Shown one piece after another: positions 21,347-32,745 of a stretch of 64,000 bases of DNA (positions within the stretch are counted from its first letter, which is position 1; every line of letters starts with the position of its first letter). This DNA comes from an uncultured Spirochaetota bacterium. Lineage in GTDB: Bacteria > Spirochaetota > UBA4802 > UBA5550. Both the position numbers and the translations under genes were made by a program. The stretch is from NCBI GenBank assembly GCA_963827275.1, contig CAWHAA010000005.1, forward strand, positions 384,001 through 448,000. The letters run 5' to 3'. The notes under the pieces were generated by a model. It saw nothing but the letters and a program-made list of their open reading frames with translations, was not told the DNA's origin and searched no databases.

Positions 21347-21885
21347 TTACTTCTGGGGTCTCTTGTAATGATCCGACTCTTCCAGCATCTTTGCGTCAAA
21401 ATGCTCAGTGGCCTTCTGGAATCACGGCGCGCGTCTCAAGGTTGTCATACCGGAACCCCCGGAGCCCCATCTTGTCGATCATGTTCGTCGTTTCCATGTT
21501 GTAACACCTGCCGCAGCGCTGGCATGTCAGCATGAAGAGCTCCATGTTGACGGTGATATCGTTCTTGTCGTTGGTCGCCAGCTCATACTGCTCGGTCATG
21601 GTGATGGCGTTTTCCGGACAGACATCGGCGCACCGCCCGCAGTAGGTGCAGCGCGATCCGTCGTAGAGCATGACGCGCAGGTCCTGGCAGACGTCGCGGA
21701 TCATAGATTGTCCGCGCCGGACAGTGGGCCGCGCAGCCGCCGCAGCCGACGCATTTATGATGATCCCATGACGGCTGTCCCCTGAAATCCTTCGCCACCG
21801 GATGCGGCTCGAAGGGATAGTTCAGGGTGACGACGCCCGGCTTTAAAACCATCAGAACCTGTTTTATTTTACTCGTAAGCCACAC
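21347..21885 (-). CDS. 2x[4Fe-4S] subunit (HycF/NuoI-like), frameshifted
   Basis: TLNYPF, FRGQP, CVGCGGCAAHCP, CTYCGRCADVCP, CQRCG. Confidence 0.8.
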
Positions 21886-21907
21886 AATAGTTCTCCTTAA
21901 ATTAAGA

Positions 21908-22817
21908 TTATATCCCGTATACGGACAATCCCACCGCAACCAGGGACGCGACGATCAGCACCGCGTAAAACTTCTGCGCCTGGTCGATCCGGAGCCGCGG
22001 GTGGGTCGAACCCAGCACCGCGATCAGGACATAGACCAGCAAAACAAATGCCAGCTGAATCAGAACATCCACGCCATAGAACCCGGTCTTGAATCGCCGG
22101 TATGAACACGATGACGAAGAGTGTGGCATAGAACATCTGTTTCAGCAGCATGTAATACTTGAACAGGGCCAGATTGGGACCGCTGTACTCGATGAACGGG
22201 CCTTCCAGTATCTCGACCTCGGCCTCAGCGATGTCAAAGGGCTGCCGGCCGACGAAGGCCTGCAGCGCCATCAGGTACACCACCAGCATGATGATGACCG
22301 ATGCGCCGTAGCCTGCCGCCGGTAACGCTGCAATACCGAGGCAGGGATCCCGAGGCTCTTTACCTTGACGGCGCCCAGGATGAAGCGTCATCGCCAGCAC
22401 CGGCTCGACCATGATCATGGTGATCATCTCGCGGCTTGACCCGATCAGCGCGTACGTGTTCTTGCTGGATAGGGCGCCCAGCAGGACGGCGACGCCGCCC
22501 AGGGTGAGCAGGTAGATGATGGTGATCACGTCGGCGTACTGCGTCAGGTAATTTTCCCTGTAGCCCAGCGGCAGGAACACGATGACGCTCAGGATCGAGG
22601 CGAAGCGCCACCACCGGCGCGATCTTAAACGCGATGTTTCCCGCGGACAGGTTCTGCTTGCCCAGGAGCTTCAGGATGTCATAGTACGGCTGGGCATGAG
22701 GGGCGGTCCCTGGCGGGACTGCACCACCCGCGCCGTTATTCTCCTGACCACGCCCTCGAAGAAGGGGGCCAGCGCCAGAAAGACCAGTATATTCACCACA
22801 ATGTACAGAATGTCCAT
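21908..22817 (-). CDS. Membrane subunit (HycD/NuoH-like), frameshifted
   Basis: QSRQGPP, GSSRE, PFDIAEAEVEILEGPFIEYSG. Confidence 0.8.
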
Positions 22818-22821
22818 GTTC

Positions 22822-24506
22822 TTACCTTCCCGCCGTTTTTTTAGCTCGAGATATCTTTTCCAGGTCGCTGTTCGAGAGATGCGACATCGCGCCGGACCTG
22901 ACGTCAACCTTGACGACCCTGTCGGTGCAGGAGAAGCAGGGGTCGATGCTCCCGATGATGATCGGCAGATCGGCGAACTGGTCGTTGAGCAGCATCGCCG
23001 GAACGCCCTGCAGGTTCGGATAGGTCGGGGCGCGCACGCGCCACCGTTCCGGCCTGTTCTCCTCGCCGGTGATCAGGTAGTGAACGGCCTCGCCCCGCGG
23101 CGCCTCGACCGCGCTGATCGCATGCCGCAGCGGCGTCACGTCCTCATTGAACTCGGTCATGATCGGACCGGCAGGCATCTTGTCGAGCGCCTGGCGGATG
23201 ATCTTGATCGCCTCAAAGGTCTCGAGTATCCGCACTACCACGGTGCCCCACACGTCGCAGGAATCCACGACCGGCACGTCAAACTGCATTTCGTCGTACG
23301 CCGCGTAGGGATGGTCGCGCCGCACGTCGATGTCGACGTTGCGCGCCCGCGCCACCGGTCCGACCAGGCTCCAGAGCCTGGTCTCTTCGGTGGTGATGCA
23401 GCCGACGCCCTTGGTCCGGCGGTGTATGGAAGTATCGCCGGCGACCGCCTTGTAAATGACCATCAGCTCTTTTTCAATTGTATTTGATTACATTCCGGAG
23501 CTCGTCGGCGAGCTCCGGCGTGATGTCCCTGCGGACGCCGCCAGCTACGATCATGCCGTAGGTCTTCCGGTTTCCGGTCAGCTTCTCACCGTACCACATG
23601 ATGGCTTCCCGCACCCGCCATGCCTGCATGAACACCGTGTCAAAGCCGATCAGGTGCCCGGCGATTCCCAGCCAGAGGAGGTGGGAGTGTACGCGCTCGA
23701 TCTCGAGCATGATGGTGCGGATGTATTCCGCCCGCCGCGATATCTTCAGGCCGGCGACAGACTCAACGCACTGCGCGTATGTTGCGGCGTGCACCGAGCC
23801 GCAGATGCCGCAGATACGCTCTGCGATAAAGGGTATTTCATTGTAGGTGAGCTGGGTCTGGCAGAGCTTCTCGAGTCCGCGGTGCACCATGAACCCGCGG
23901 TAATCGCAGCCCTTGATGGTCTCGCCGTCGACGAAGACCGCGAAGTGCGCGGGCTCGTGCAGGGTCGGGTGGAAGGGGCCCACCGGGATGGTGGTGCAGC
24001 CTTCCGGCGCCTCGTCGAGCTGGTAGGCGACGTTCTCCGCCGCGGGCGGCATCAGGTTCCAGGGGACGTCCTTGCGGAGCGGATAGATCCCTTCGGGCCA
24101 GTCGTCGGCCAGGATCAGCTTCTTCGGCTTGGGATGTCCCTTGAATTTCATGCCGAGCAGGTCCATGTATTCGCGCTCGGACCAGCCGGCATTGGGTATG
24201 TCCGGCGTGATCGAATCGAAACTCGGGATTGTCCACCGGCGCCGCGGTGCGTATGCAGACGAAGACATCGTCCTTGTCCATGCTGAAGGTGTGGATCAGC
24301 CCCAGGGTCTTGTCCCGGGCGATATTGTCGTACCCGACGCTTACCAGGTACCGGCCGCCCATCTTGATGATCTCGTTCGAGATGTCGCGGACCTTGCTCT
24401 TGTCAATATCCACGAACAGACGCGTACTGTAGGGGCTATCAAAGTTCTTAATGCTGTTCTGGTATTTATCTTTTAACTGTTTTTTTATTTCGTCAATAGT
24501 AAGCAT
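22822..24506 (-). CDS. Group-4 [NiFe]-hydrogenase large subunit (HycE, NuoCD-like), frameshifted
   Basis: EREYMDLLG, HRGLEK, ERICGIC and DPCFSCTDR Ni ligands, C-terminal extension. Confidence 0.9.
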
Positions 24507-24532
24507 GTTGTACCTCGTATGAATAAAGTGCC

Positions 24533-26390
24533 TTATTTTTTAATATTGCCCCCGGTCCACTTGACCGCCTTTTTGAAGGCGGAATACATCCCATGGGCCT
24601 GATACCTGTTCTTGTTGTTCAAATCCTGATATCCGCACAGCCAGGTCGGCACCTCTTTTTCTTCCGAGCCTCCCGACTTCTTGAGCAGCCACGCCAGGAT
24701 GTACGCCACCGCGAGCACCGCCAGGACTACGAGCGGCACCGCTACCGACGACACGAGCCCTTCCATGCCGGGCACGGTGACGGACACGCCCATGGCCGAG
24801 TTCACGATCATGTTGTCAAGCGTTACGTCCGCGAAGAGCGGCTGGATAATTGAGCCCGCCGAATTCTTGAATATGCTGATGAAGAGCCCGAAATATAGAA
24901 AGGGGAAGAGGCCCTGGACCAGGCAGAGCACCGCAAGGATGACCTTGGGGATCAGCATGGTCGACGGGTACTTCCTTGATCTTCTTGGTAACCGTCCACT
25001 CGACGCCGGAGGAGGCAAACGTCATGCCGAAGAACTTCACGTACGACGCCAGGGTGACGGCGCTGGTGAACAGCGCGATGATGCCGAATATCACCAGGAA
25101 CATGACCTGTTGAACCCGCCAGGATGTTCGATGATATGATCGTCCACTTGCTGGCAAAGCCGCTGAAGGCCGGCATCCCGGCGATGGAGAGTGACGCGAT
25201 CCCCGCGACGACCGCGGTCACCGGCATGAGCTTCATGAGCCCGCCCAGCTTGTTCAGGTCCTTGGTGCCGGTCGCGTAGAGGACGCTCCCGGTGGAGAGG
25301 AAGAGCAGCCCCTTGAACACGGTGTGGTTCAGGGTGTGGTAGAGGGCGCCGACGATGGCGACGACCGACAGGAGCTTCACGAACTCGCTGCCGCTGTTCA
25401 GCATGACGAGCGCGGACCCGATACCGAGTATGATGTAGCCCATCTGGCCGATGGAGTGGTACGCGTGGAGCCGCTTGGCGTCATGCTGTTTCAGCGCCTG
25501 GTTCGTTCCGATGAAGAGGGTCACGACGCCGAAGGAGGCGATGACGATGCCCCAGAGCGACCCGTTGTAGCCCTCGGCCGGCACCATCCAGAAGAAGGTC
25601 CGGATGATGCCGTACACGCCGGTCTTGATCATGACGCCGGAAAGGAGCGCGCTGATCGGTGACGGCGCTATGGAGTGCGCGTCGGGCAGCCAGAGCTGTC
25701 CGAAGGGGAACATACCGGCCTTGAAGCCGAAGCCGATGAGGAGCAGCCCGTAGACGAAGTACAGCGACACGCCCTTGGTCGCGCCCATCTTGACGCCGAG
25801 TTCATGCAGCGAATCGCCCAACGAAGCGCCGCTGATGAAGAACGTCGCCGACCACTATCAGGACCCAGGCCAGCTCCATCAGGATGAGGTACTTGTTCGC
25901 GTTTTTCACGTTTCCGGTCGGTCCGGTACTCGAAGCGGATCAGGAAATAGGAAGCGATCGTCATGATCTGCCATGCGACGGTGAACCCGGTGGTCAGGTC
26001 GTCAACGGTCACGATCGCGATCATCCCCAGGATGAAGAGCGGGAAGGTCAGGTAGTAGCTCCAGAGCTTATAGTCGGGATAATGCTCCATGTACTGGATC
26101 GAGTAGAAGGCGCTCATGATCGCCATGAAGGAGATTATGGCGATGAAGAACCCTGCAAAGGGGTCAACGAGGAAATATATGCCCAGCATCTTCTGGGCAT
26201 GCTCCCCGCCACCGCCCTGGAAAAGGGTCACATAACTTATATTCAATAGCATGATGGCGGCGACGGATACCAGGATGAAGTTCACCCAGCCCGCCAGTTT
26301 GCGTTTGCTCGACAGTATCGGACCGATAACAGCGGCGCCGAGCAGGATCGCCATCGCGGTTAACAGGCTGCCATAGAGATCAATGTTCAT
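24533..26390 (-). CDS. Antiporter-like membrane subunit (HyfB/HycC/NuoL-like), frameshifted
   Basis: KAGMFP..WLPDAH, SALLSGVMIKTG, HTVFKGLLF, GFASKW. Confidence 0.85.
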
Positions 26391-26889
26391 ATACGAGCTC
26401 CTTTTGATCACAGTTAATGTAAGATAATAATAGATCGCGGATTATATCAGCACTTTTCTTCACATCATCGGAAAGGCCGGTCCCGAAGTCCACTGTCACG
26501 GACTTCAATGCCCATGAACCAGGTCTTTTTGTTATACTGCTCCAGGATCTTCCCCGAGAGGAACAGTGCGAGTTTATGGGTCGAAAAATTACCGATTGCT
26601 TCCTTCACTTCATTCAGCCGGCCGAAGAGCACCGATCCGGTCTCCGCGCCCGACTGCATCGCGTCTATGATGACCACGTTGTCGCAGTCAGCTTCGGCGA
26701 TTCTGATACACATAATTTTCAATGACGTCCTCGACATTCAATGCCGTTACGGAATCCGACTCGATCAGGTCCCTGTATCCCGTCAACGATATGCAGGCCC
26801 ACCGCGTCGTCGCCCATGAGGTAGTTCCCCATGCCGACGAAGCAGGTCTTTTCGCGGGCAAGCCGCTCTATGACGGGAAGGAAATCCAT
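26380..26889 (-). CDS. Hydrogenase maturation protease (HycI-like), frameshifted; 3' end approximate
   Basis: GMGNYLMGDDAVG, IIDA, STH. Confidence 0.8.
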
Positions 26890-27725
26890 TAGATCTGCTC
26901 TCCCAGGGTCTTGATCTGACGGTAGGTATATACCGGGCCGTCGGTGCAGACCAGGGTCCGGCCGATGGCGCAGTGCTGGCATTTTCCGATGCCGCACTTC
27001 ATGTGGCGCTCGAGGGTGGAGATGATGTTCTCCTCCCCGATGCCCATCTCGGTGAGCTCCTTGATGACGGCATTGAACATCATCGGCGGGCCGCAGACAA
27101 AGGCGACCGTGTCCTTGACCGGTATGTTCTTCTTCTTGATCAGGGTATGCACGAACCCGACCTCGCCGTCCCAGCCGGGGACAGGGTTGTCGATCGTGAT
27201 ATTGGTCTCGAAACCCGGGCGTTTTCTTCCACTCTTCCAGGTTTTTCTCGTACATGAGTTCCTGGGGAGTACGGGCGCCCAGGAAAAGAAGGACGCGGCC
27301 GAACTTGTCCTTGTTCTGCATAACGTGCATGATGGAGGAACGGAGCGGGATAAGCCCGATACCGCCGGCGACATAGATAATGTTTTTACCCTTGATCTCC
27401 TCGAAGGGAAACCCGTTGCCGAACGGGCCGCGGATGCCGATCTTGTCGCCCGGCTTCAGCTCGTGCAGCGCGTTGGTCACCTTGCCGACCCTGCCGCACC
27501 GTGAGGTGAAACCGGTCATTTTCCGGGCAGGTGGGAAGCGATACCGCGAATTCCCCCGCGCCGAACACGGTGCACATGACGAACTGGCCGGATGTAAATT
27601 TCGGCGCCTCGCCGCCTTTCCGCGCATCGAAGGAAAGGTAAAAGGTTTTTACTTCCACGATCTCGTCTTTGATTTCATCAATCGTTACGATTTCCGGTAT
27701 TGTTATGTTGTATTATTTCGCTCAT
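26889..27725 (-). CDS. AsrB / sulfhydrogenase gamma-like FAD-NAD(P)H [2Fe-2S] subunit, frameshifted
   Basis: GQF, RGPFGNGF, AGGIGLIP, CGPP, CGIGKCQHC, CTDGPV. Confidence 0.85.
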
Positions 27726-27734
27726 GTCACCCAC

Positions 27735-28792
27735 CTATTTTTGAATCTCTCTTCTTATATACGTGACGACATTGGGCAGACCGATATCGCCCGGGCACAC
27801 CCACTGGCAGCGCCCGCAGCCGACGCAGCCGGGCCGCAGATATTTCTTCGACTGGGAATACGACAGCTTGCAGAAGAACCGCTTGCTCCGCCGGTCTTCA
27901 ACAGGCTTCCGCGGGTTGTGGCCGCCCGCCATCCGGGAATACCCCTCGTAGGAGCAGGAATCCCAGGTGCGCATCCGGTCCGCCGCGTCGGGGGCCGTTA
28001 CCGGGTCAGCGATATTGAAGCAGGAGCAGCTGGGGCACACGAAGGAGCAGGCGCCGCACTCGATGCACTGGTTGCCGATATATTCCCACACCTTTTCTTC
28101 AACCAGGCCCGTGGTGACCCTGTTCATCACGCGGGAGATCCACGCCTTGTTGTCTTTCGCGATCGAATCGAAGACGTGAAATCGACTTATCGACCGCCTT
28201 CTTCTTTCGCTTTCTTGTGCGAATCGTCGGACTTGGCGAGCCCGAGCTTCTCCGCGAGTTTCGTGCCCTTCTCGCTCCCGACCTCGACGAGGTACTGGTC
28301 GCCCAGATCGGTCAGGTTCAGGTCATAGCCTTCCTGGGCGCTGGGGCCGCTGTCGGTGCATACGCAGAAGCACTGCTTGAACGGCGCGTTGCAGGTATTG
28401 GTCACGATGAACATGTTCTTCCGGTGGTTCTTGTACACCTCGTCGACGAATTCCTGTCCCAGGAAGAAGCGGTCCATGCAGAGGATACCGGTCAGGTCGC
28501 AGGACCGGAGGCCGAACAGCGCCTTCGGTTTGTCGTCGAAATCCGGCGTGATGTCGACCTTCTTGTTCTGGCGGTCATACTTGTACGACATGATCCGTTC
28601 GTAATTGGGGAACAGAGCATGTTTCGGCGGTATCGCCGGGATCGGTGCGTTCAGGTCAACCTCGGCCGCGTCATCGACCTTGACGAACATAGTCTGCTTC
28701 GTCTCCTTGTCGACAACGGGACCAAAGATCTGGTATTCCTTCTGCAGTTCCTTCGCAATATCCATTACCTGACTTTTTTTTATCAAATACAT
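27735..28792 (-). CDS. AsrA / sulfhydrogenase beta-like 4Fe-4S subunit, frameshifted near 28190
   Basis: RSCD, CFC, CIECGACSFVCPSCSC, WDSC, CVGCGRCQWVCP. Confidence 0.85.
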
Positions 28793-28794
28793 GG

Positions 28795-30782
28795 TTACAC
28801 CTTCACGATTCTTACTGGGATTGTTGAGTCTTCGCCTCTTTTCAGAACATCCTTGTGTTCCAAAAAGAACTTGGTCACCATATCATCAACGAAATAGGCC
28901 ACATAGGCCGTATTCGGTTTTACCTTGTCGGTAACCTGCACCATTGCCTCCATCGAGCCGTAGGGAGATACGATCTTTACCGTGAACCGGTCGCGCACGC
29001 CCAGCTCCTTGGCGCTCTGCGGCGACATGGCAACGTAGCCCTTCGGATAGAGGAGGAGCGTCGCATTGTATTCGCGCAGGGGCAAGCTCGTCTTTTTCAT
29101 CAGGTTGTTCTGGTGCCAGTAGTGCTGCGCCTCGCCCACCATCAGCAGGAACGGGTATTCCTCGCTGGTGAGGGGGACGCCCAGGCCGCCCTCTGTCGCC
29201 GCGAAGGCGACTTTCTTCGGTGCCGATTCGATATTGAAACGCGCCGCGCCGTTCGGCCACTTCACGCCGCCCATGACCTGGAGCTTGTCGTAGGTGATGC
29301 CGGCGTAATTCGGCGTGAGCTTCACGATCTCGGCCATGACGTCGGCAGGCGACGAGTAATTCCATTTCGCCCCCGCCTTCTCGGCGATCTTCGCGATCAG
29401 CTTCCACGCGGGGAGCACGTTCTTCGCGGGCTCGATCTTTTTCTTCGCGAGCTGCACGCGGCGCCCGGTATTGGTGAAGGTGCCGTCCGTCTCGGCGTAG
29501 GTGGCGGTGGGAAGCACCACGTGGGCGTAATCCGTGAAACTATTCTGGTACGAGCCCATGTAGGCGACGAAATCCATCTTGCTGATCTCGCTGACATTGC
29601 GGACGATTGTCTCGTCATGGTCGACCACCACGAGGGCCTTCAGCTTGCCGCCGAGCTCATTGACTGATTTGCCCGGGTTGGCATTGAGCTTTACGCCCCA
29701 CTCCTTGCTGAACTTCTCGACGGCCGCCTTGTCCGAGAGGGACTGGAACCCGGTAAGCAGGTCGGGGGCGATGCCCATGTCGTAGCTCCCCTGGAGGTTG
29801 TTGATCCCGGTGATGGGGTTGACGCCGCAGCCCTCTTTGCCGATCTTTCCGGCCATGAGGAACAGGTTGAATATATACCCGATGGTGTCCTTGTCAAATC
29901 CGGAGATCCCGGAGGAGAAAAAGACCATCGCCGACCTGGAAAGCGCCAGGTCGCGGGCCGCGTTCTTGAGGGCTTCGAGGTCGAGGCCGGTCTTCTCGGC
30001 CACGTCCGCGTCCTTGATCGAGGCGAGGACCGAGGCAAACTGGTCATAGCCTTCCGTGTATCTCTTAATGAAATCGACATCGCAGAGCTTCTCATCGACA
30101 AGGACCTTGGCCATGTAGGCCATCGCGACCTTGTATGCGCCGGGCCTGATCTGGAGGAATCCGTTTGAGAGCTTGGCGATCTGGGTGTTCCGGGTGTCGA
30201 TCGTCACCAGCGCGCGCGCCCTTCATGGCGGTCAGGTGCAGCTCACTGCCGATGATCGGGTTCTGCTTGGTGATGTCTATGCCGACGACAAGGAGGAAGT
30301 CCGCCTTGTTTATCTCATCAAGCGAGCCGAGCATCCCGGCCATGCCGGTCGCCCTTGTTCAGAACGTCAAGGCTGTTCCGGTGGCCGGGATCGGAATCGA
30401 GGCTGATGTTGTTTGAATTGAACACTGACCGCGCCAGCTTCATCAACAGGAAGTTGTCCTCGTTCGAAGAACGGGACGAGGCGAGGAATCCGATCTCTTC
30501 CGAGTTGTCCTTTTTGTACTTGGAAAGGTTTTCCACCAGATACGCGACCGCTTCGTCATAGGACGCTTCGACCAGTTTGCCGTTTTTCCTGATAAGCGGG
30601 GTCGTGATCTTGTCAGCGGTGCTTAAAAGCTCGTGCACGTTCCATCCACGCACACAGAGCCGCCCCTTGCTGACCGGGTGGTTTTGCATCGGGAATACGC
30701 CGCACACCTTGTCTCCCCTGACATCCAGGAGATGACCGCATCCCGTACCACAAAATGTGCAAATACCGGATTTATAATTCAT
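28795..30782 (-). CDS. FdhF-like molybdopterin-oxidoreductase-family subunit lacking catalytic residues, frameshifted
   Basis: CTFCGTGC..LCVRG, SNEDN, NNLQG, ETDGTFTNTGRRVQ; Cys/Sec position is Gly. Confidence 0.85.
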
Positions 30783-31158
30783 ACGAAAAGCTCCTCACTT
30801 AAATTATGTTTCTTCGCAGTCCACTCGCTGAAACAAGTACGCCGGCGGGAATTTCCGCACCTGAGCGAGCTGCCGTGTCCGTTTCAATTATTATTATTTA
30901 AATGCGGGTTTACTACCCTTTTGTACCTCAGAATGAAAATAATAAACTTTCTTTCTGCACACAGGAACAATACCATTAATTATGTTCACCGGTCAATGCC
31001 CGATAATTGCTAATTTTTAGTAGCAAAAATCGGTGATACAAAAGATTGATGGATGAGTGTTTGTTTTCAAGTAAGTATCGTGAGAGAATAAATGCAATTA
31101 TTTTTTCACGGATTTAACAGCTATTTCTGTAGAAACGACAAAACCAGTGCGGGATTGT

Positions 31159-31830
31159 TCATTTATTCTGCATTATAACCCACTGAATGGAATACTTGGC
31201 CAGGTCGGAGGAATTCTTGAGTTTCAGCTTTTCCTTTATGTTCTTTTTATGGCTTTCAACCGTATAAATGCTCAAATTCAGCTTTTTCGCCATTTCCTTT
31301 GTGCTGAACCCGTTCCCTATGAGCTGAAAAATCTCGAATTCCCGGTTGCTCAGGCTTTCAACCGATATGCCGATGGTGTCGGCGGAGCCGCGCACCAGCT
31401 TGTCTATGATTTTTTTCGAGATGTTTTCGCTCAGGTAGAGCTCATCGTTGAGAATGGTACGGATGGCGTTGATGATGTTTTTCGAGGCCATCTCCTTCAT
31501 TATATAGCCGCGCGCGCCGGCGCGGATGGCCCGCTCGGCGTAGAGGGACTCGTCATGCATGGTGAGGACCAGCGACCTGATGTCGGGAAACCGCTCGTTC
31601 ATCGACTTGACGAGCTCGATGCCGCTCACGTTGCCGGTAAGGGTGATGTCCACGATGACCAGGTCCGGCTTGTCCCTGTTGATGAAGTCGATCGCCTCGT
31701 TGGCGCTCGAAGCTTCGCCGATGACCCGCAGGTCGTCTTCGAGCTCGATGACCTGCTTGATCCCCTGCCGCAGCAGCGGGTGATCGTCAACGATCAGTAT
31801 CTTCTTTATTTCGCTTGTTTTGTCCGGCAT
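31159..31830 (-). CDS. NarL/LuxR-family response regulator
   Basis: DDHP, LTMH, LSNREFEIF HTH. Confidence 0.92.
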   Translation of the reverse strand: MPDKTSEIKKILIVDDHPLLRQGIKQVIELEDDLRVIGEASSANEAIDFINRDKPDLVIVDITLTGNVSGIELVKSMNERFPDIRSLVLTMHDESLYAERAIRAGARGYIMKEMASKNIINAIRTILNDELYLSENISKKIIDKLVRGSADTIGISVESLSNREFEIFQLIGNGFSTKEMAKKLNLSIYTVESHKKNIKEKLKLKNSSDLAKYSIQWVIMQNK

Positions 31831-31965
31831 TGTCCTTCTCGCAACCTGGTAGTAACGAGCTAAGTATACAACCTGGCGCCCGGCGCGTCAATACCTATAT
31901 TTGGTTATTTTCGTGTCCCGTATTGTCGTGAGATTCGCCGGGGAACGAAACACCCGCCCGCCCGG

Positions 31966-32745
31966 TCACGGCTCCAGCCGGAACGGGTCGGCGTCCTTCC
32001 ACGCCGGAAAGGACGCCCGGTATTCCCGCAGCGCCGCGCGGGAGAGTTCTACCGTGCGGACCCCCTCCTCCCCCCCCATGTCGATGACACCGTTCCCGGC
32101 ACAATCGATGACGCAGGAATCGCCGGCGTAGGAGACGCCGTTGCCGTCGGTGCCGACACGGTTGACCCCCGCGACATAGCACTGGTTCTCCACCGCGCGC
32201 GCGCGGAGGAGCGCCTTCCAGTGGGACGCCCGCTGCGCCGGCCAGCTGGCGACGAAGACCGCTGCATCATACGCGCACCCGGGGTTCCTGGTCCAGACCG
32301 GGAAGCGGAGGTCGTAGCAGATGAAGGGCCGCACCTTCCACCCGCCGAGGTCCACGGTGACCACGGCATCGCCGGCCGAGTAGACGCCGTCCTCGCCCGC
32401 CATGCGGAAGAGATGGCGCTTGTCGTAGGTGACGATGTCGCCGCCGGGCCGCGCCCAGACCAGCCTGTTGTAGAAGCGGGCCCCCTCCCTGATGACGAGG
32501 CTGCCCGCGACGTCCGCGCCGCGCAGGTCGGCCCAGCGGCGCATCCGCTCGACAGAGGGCCCGCTCATCTCCTCGGCTATCTCGGCCGGCCGCATGGTGA
32601 AACCGGTGGTGAACATCTCGGGCAGGATGATGCAGTCCGTGGGCCCGTCGATGCCCCTGATGACCGCATCGAAGCGCTCAAGGTTTTTCCCGGCGTCATG
32701 CCAGGCGATGCCCGCCTGCACCAGTGTTATTCTCAGATTGCGCAT
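31966..32745 (-). CDS. yafV: Omega-amidase (nitrilase family)
   Basis: LPEMF, YDKRHLF, ICYDLRFP. Confidence 0.88.
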   Translation of the reverse strand: MRNLRITLVQAGIAWHDAGKNLERFDAVIRGIDGPTDCIILPEMFTTGFTMRPAEIAEEMSGPSVERMRRWADLRGADVAGSLVIREGARFYNRLVWARPGGDIVTYDKRHLFRMAGEDGVYSAGDAVVTVDLGGWKVRPFICYDLRFPVWTRNPGCAYDAAVFVASWPAQRASHWKALLRARAVENQCYVAGVNRVGTDGNGVSYAGDSCVIDCAGNGVIDMGGEEGVRTVELSRAALREYRASFPAWKDADPFRLEP

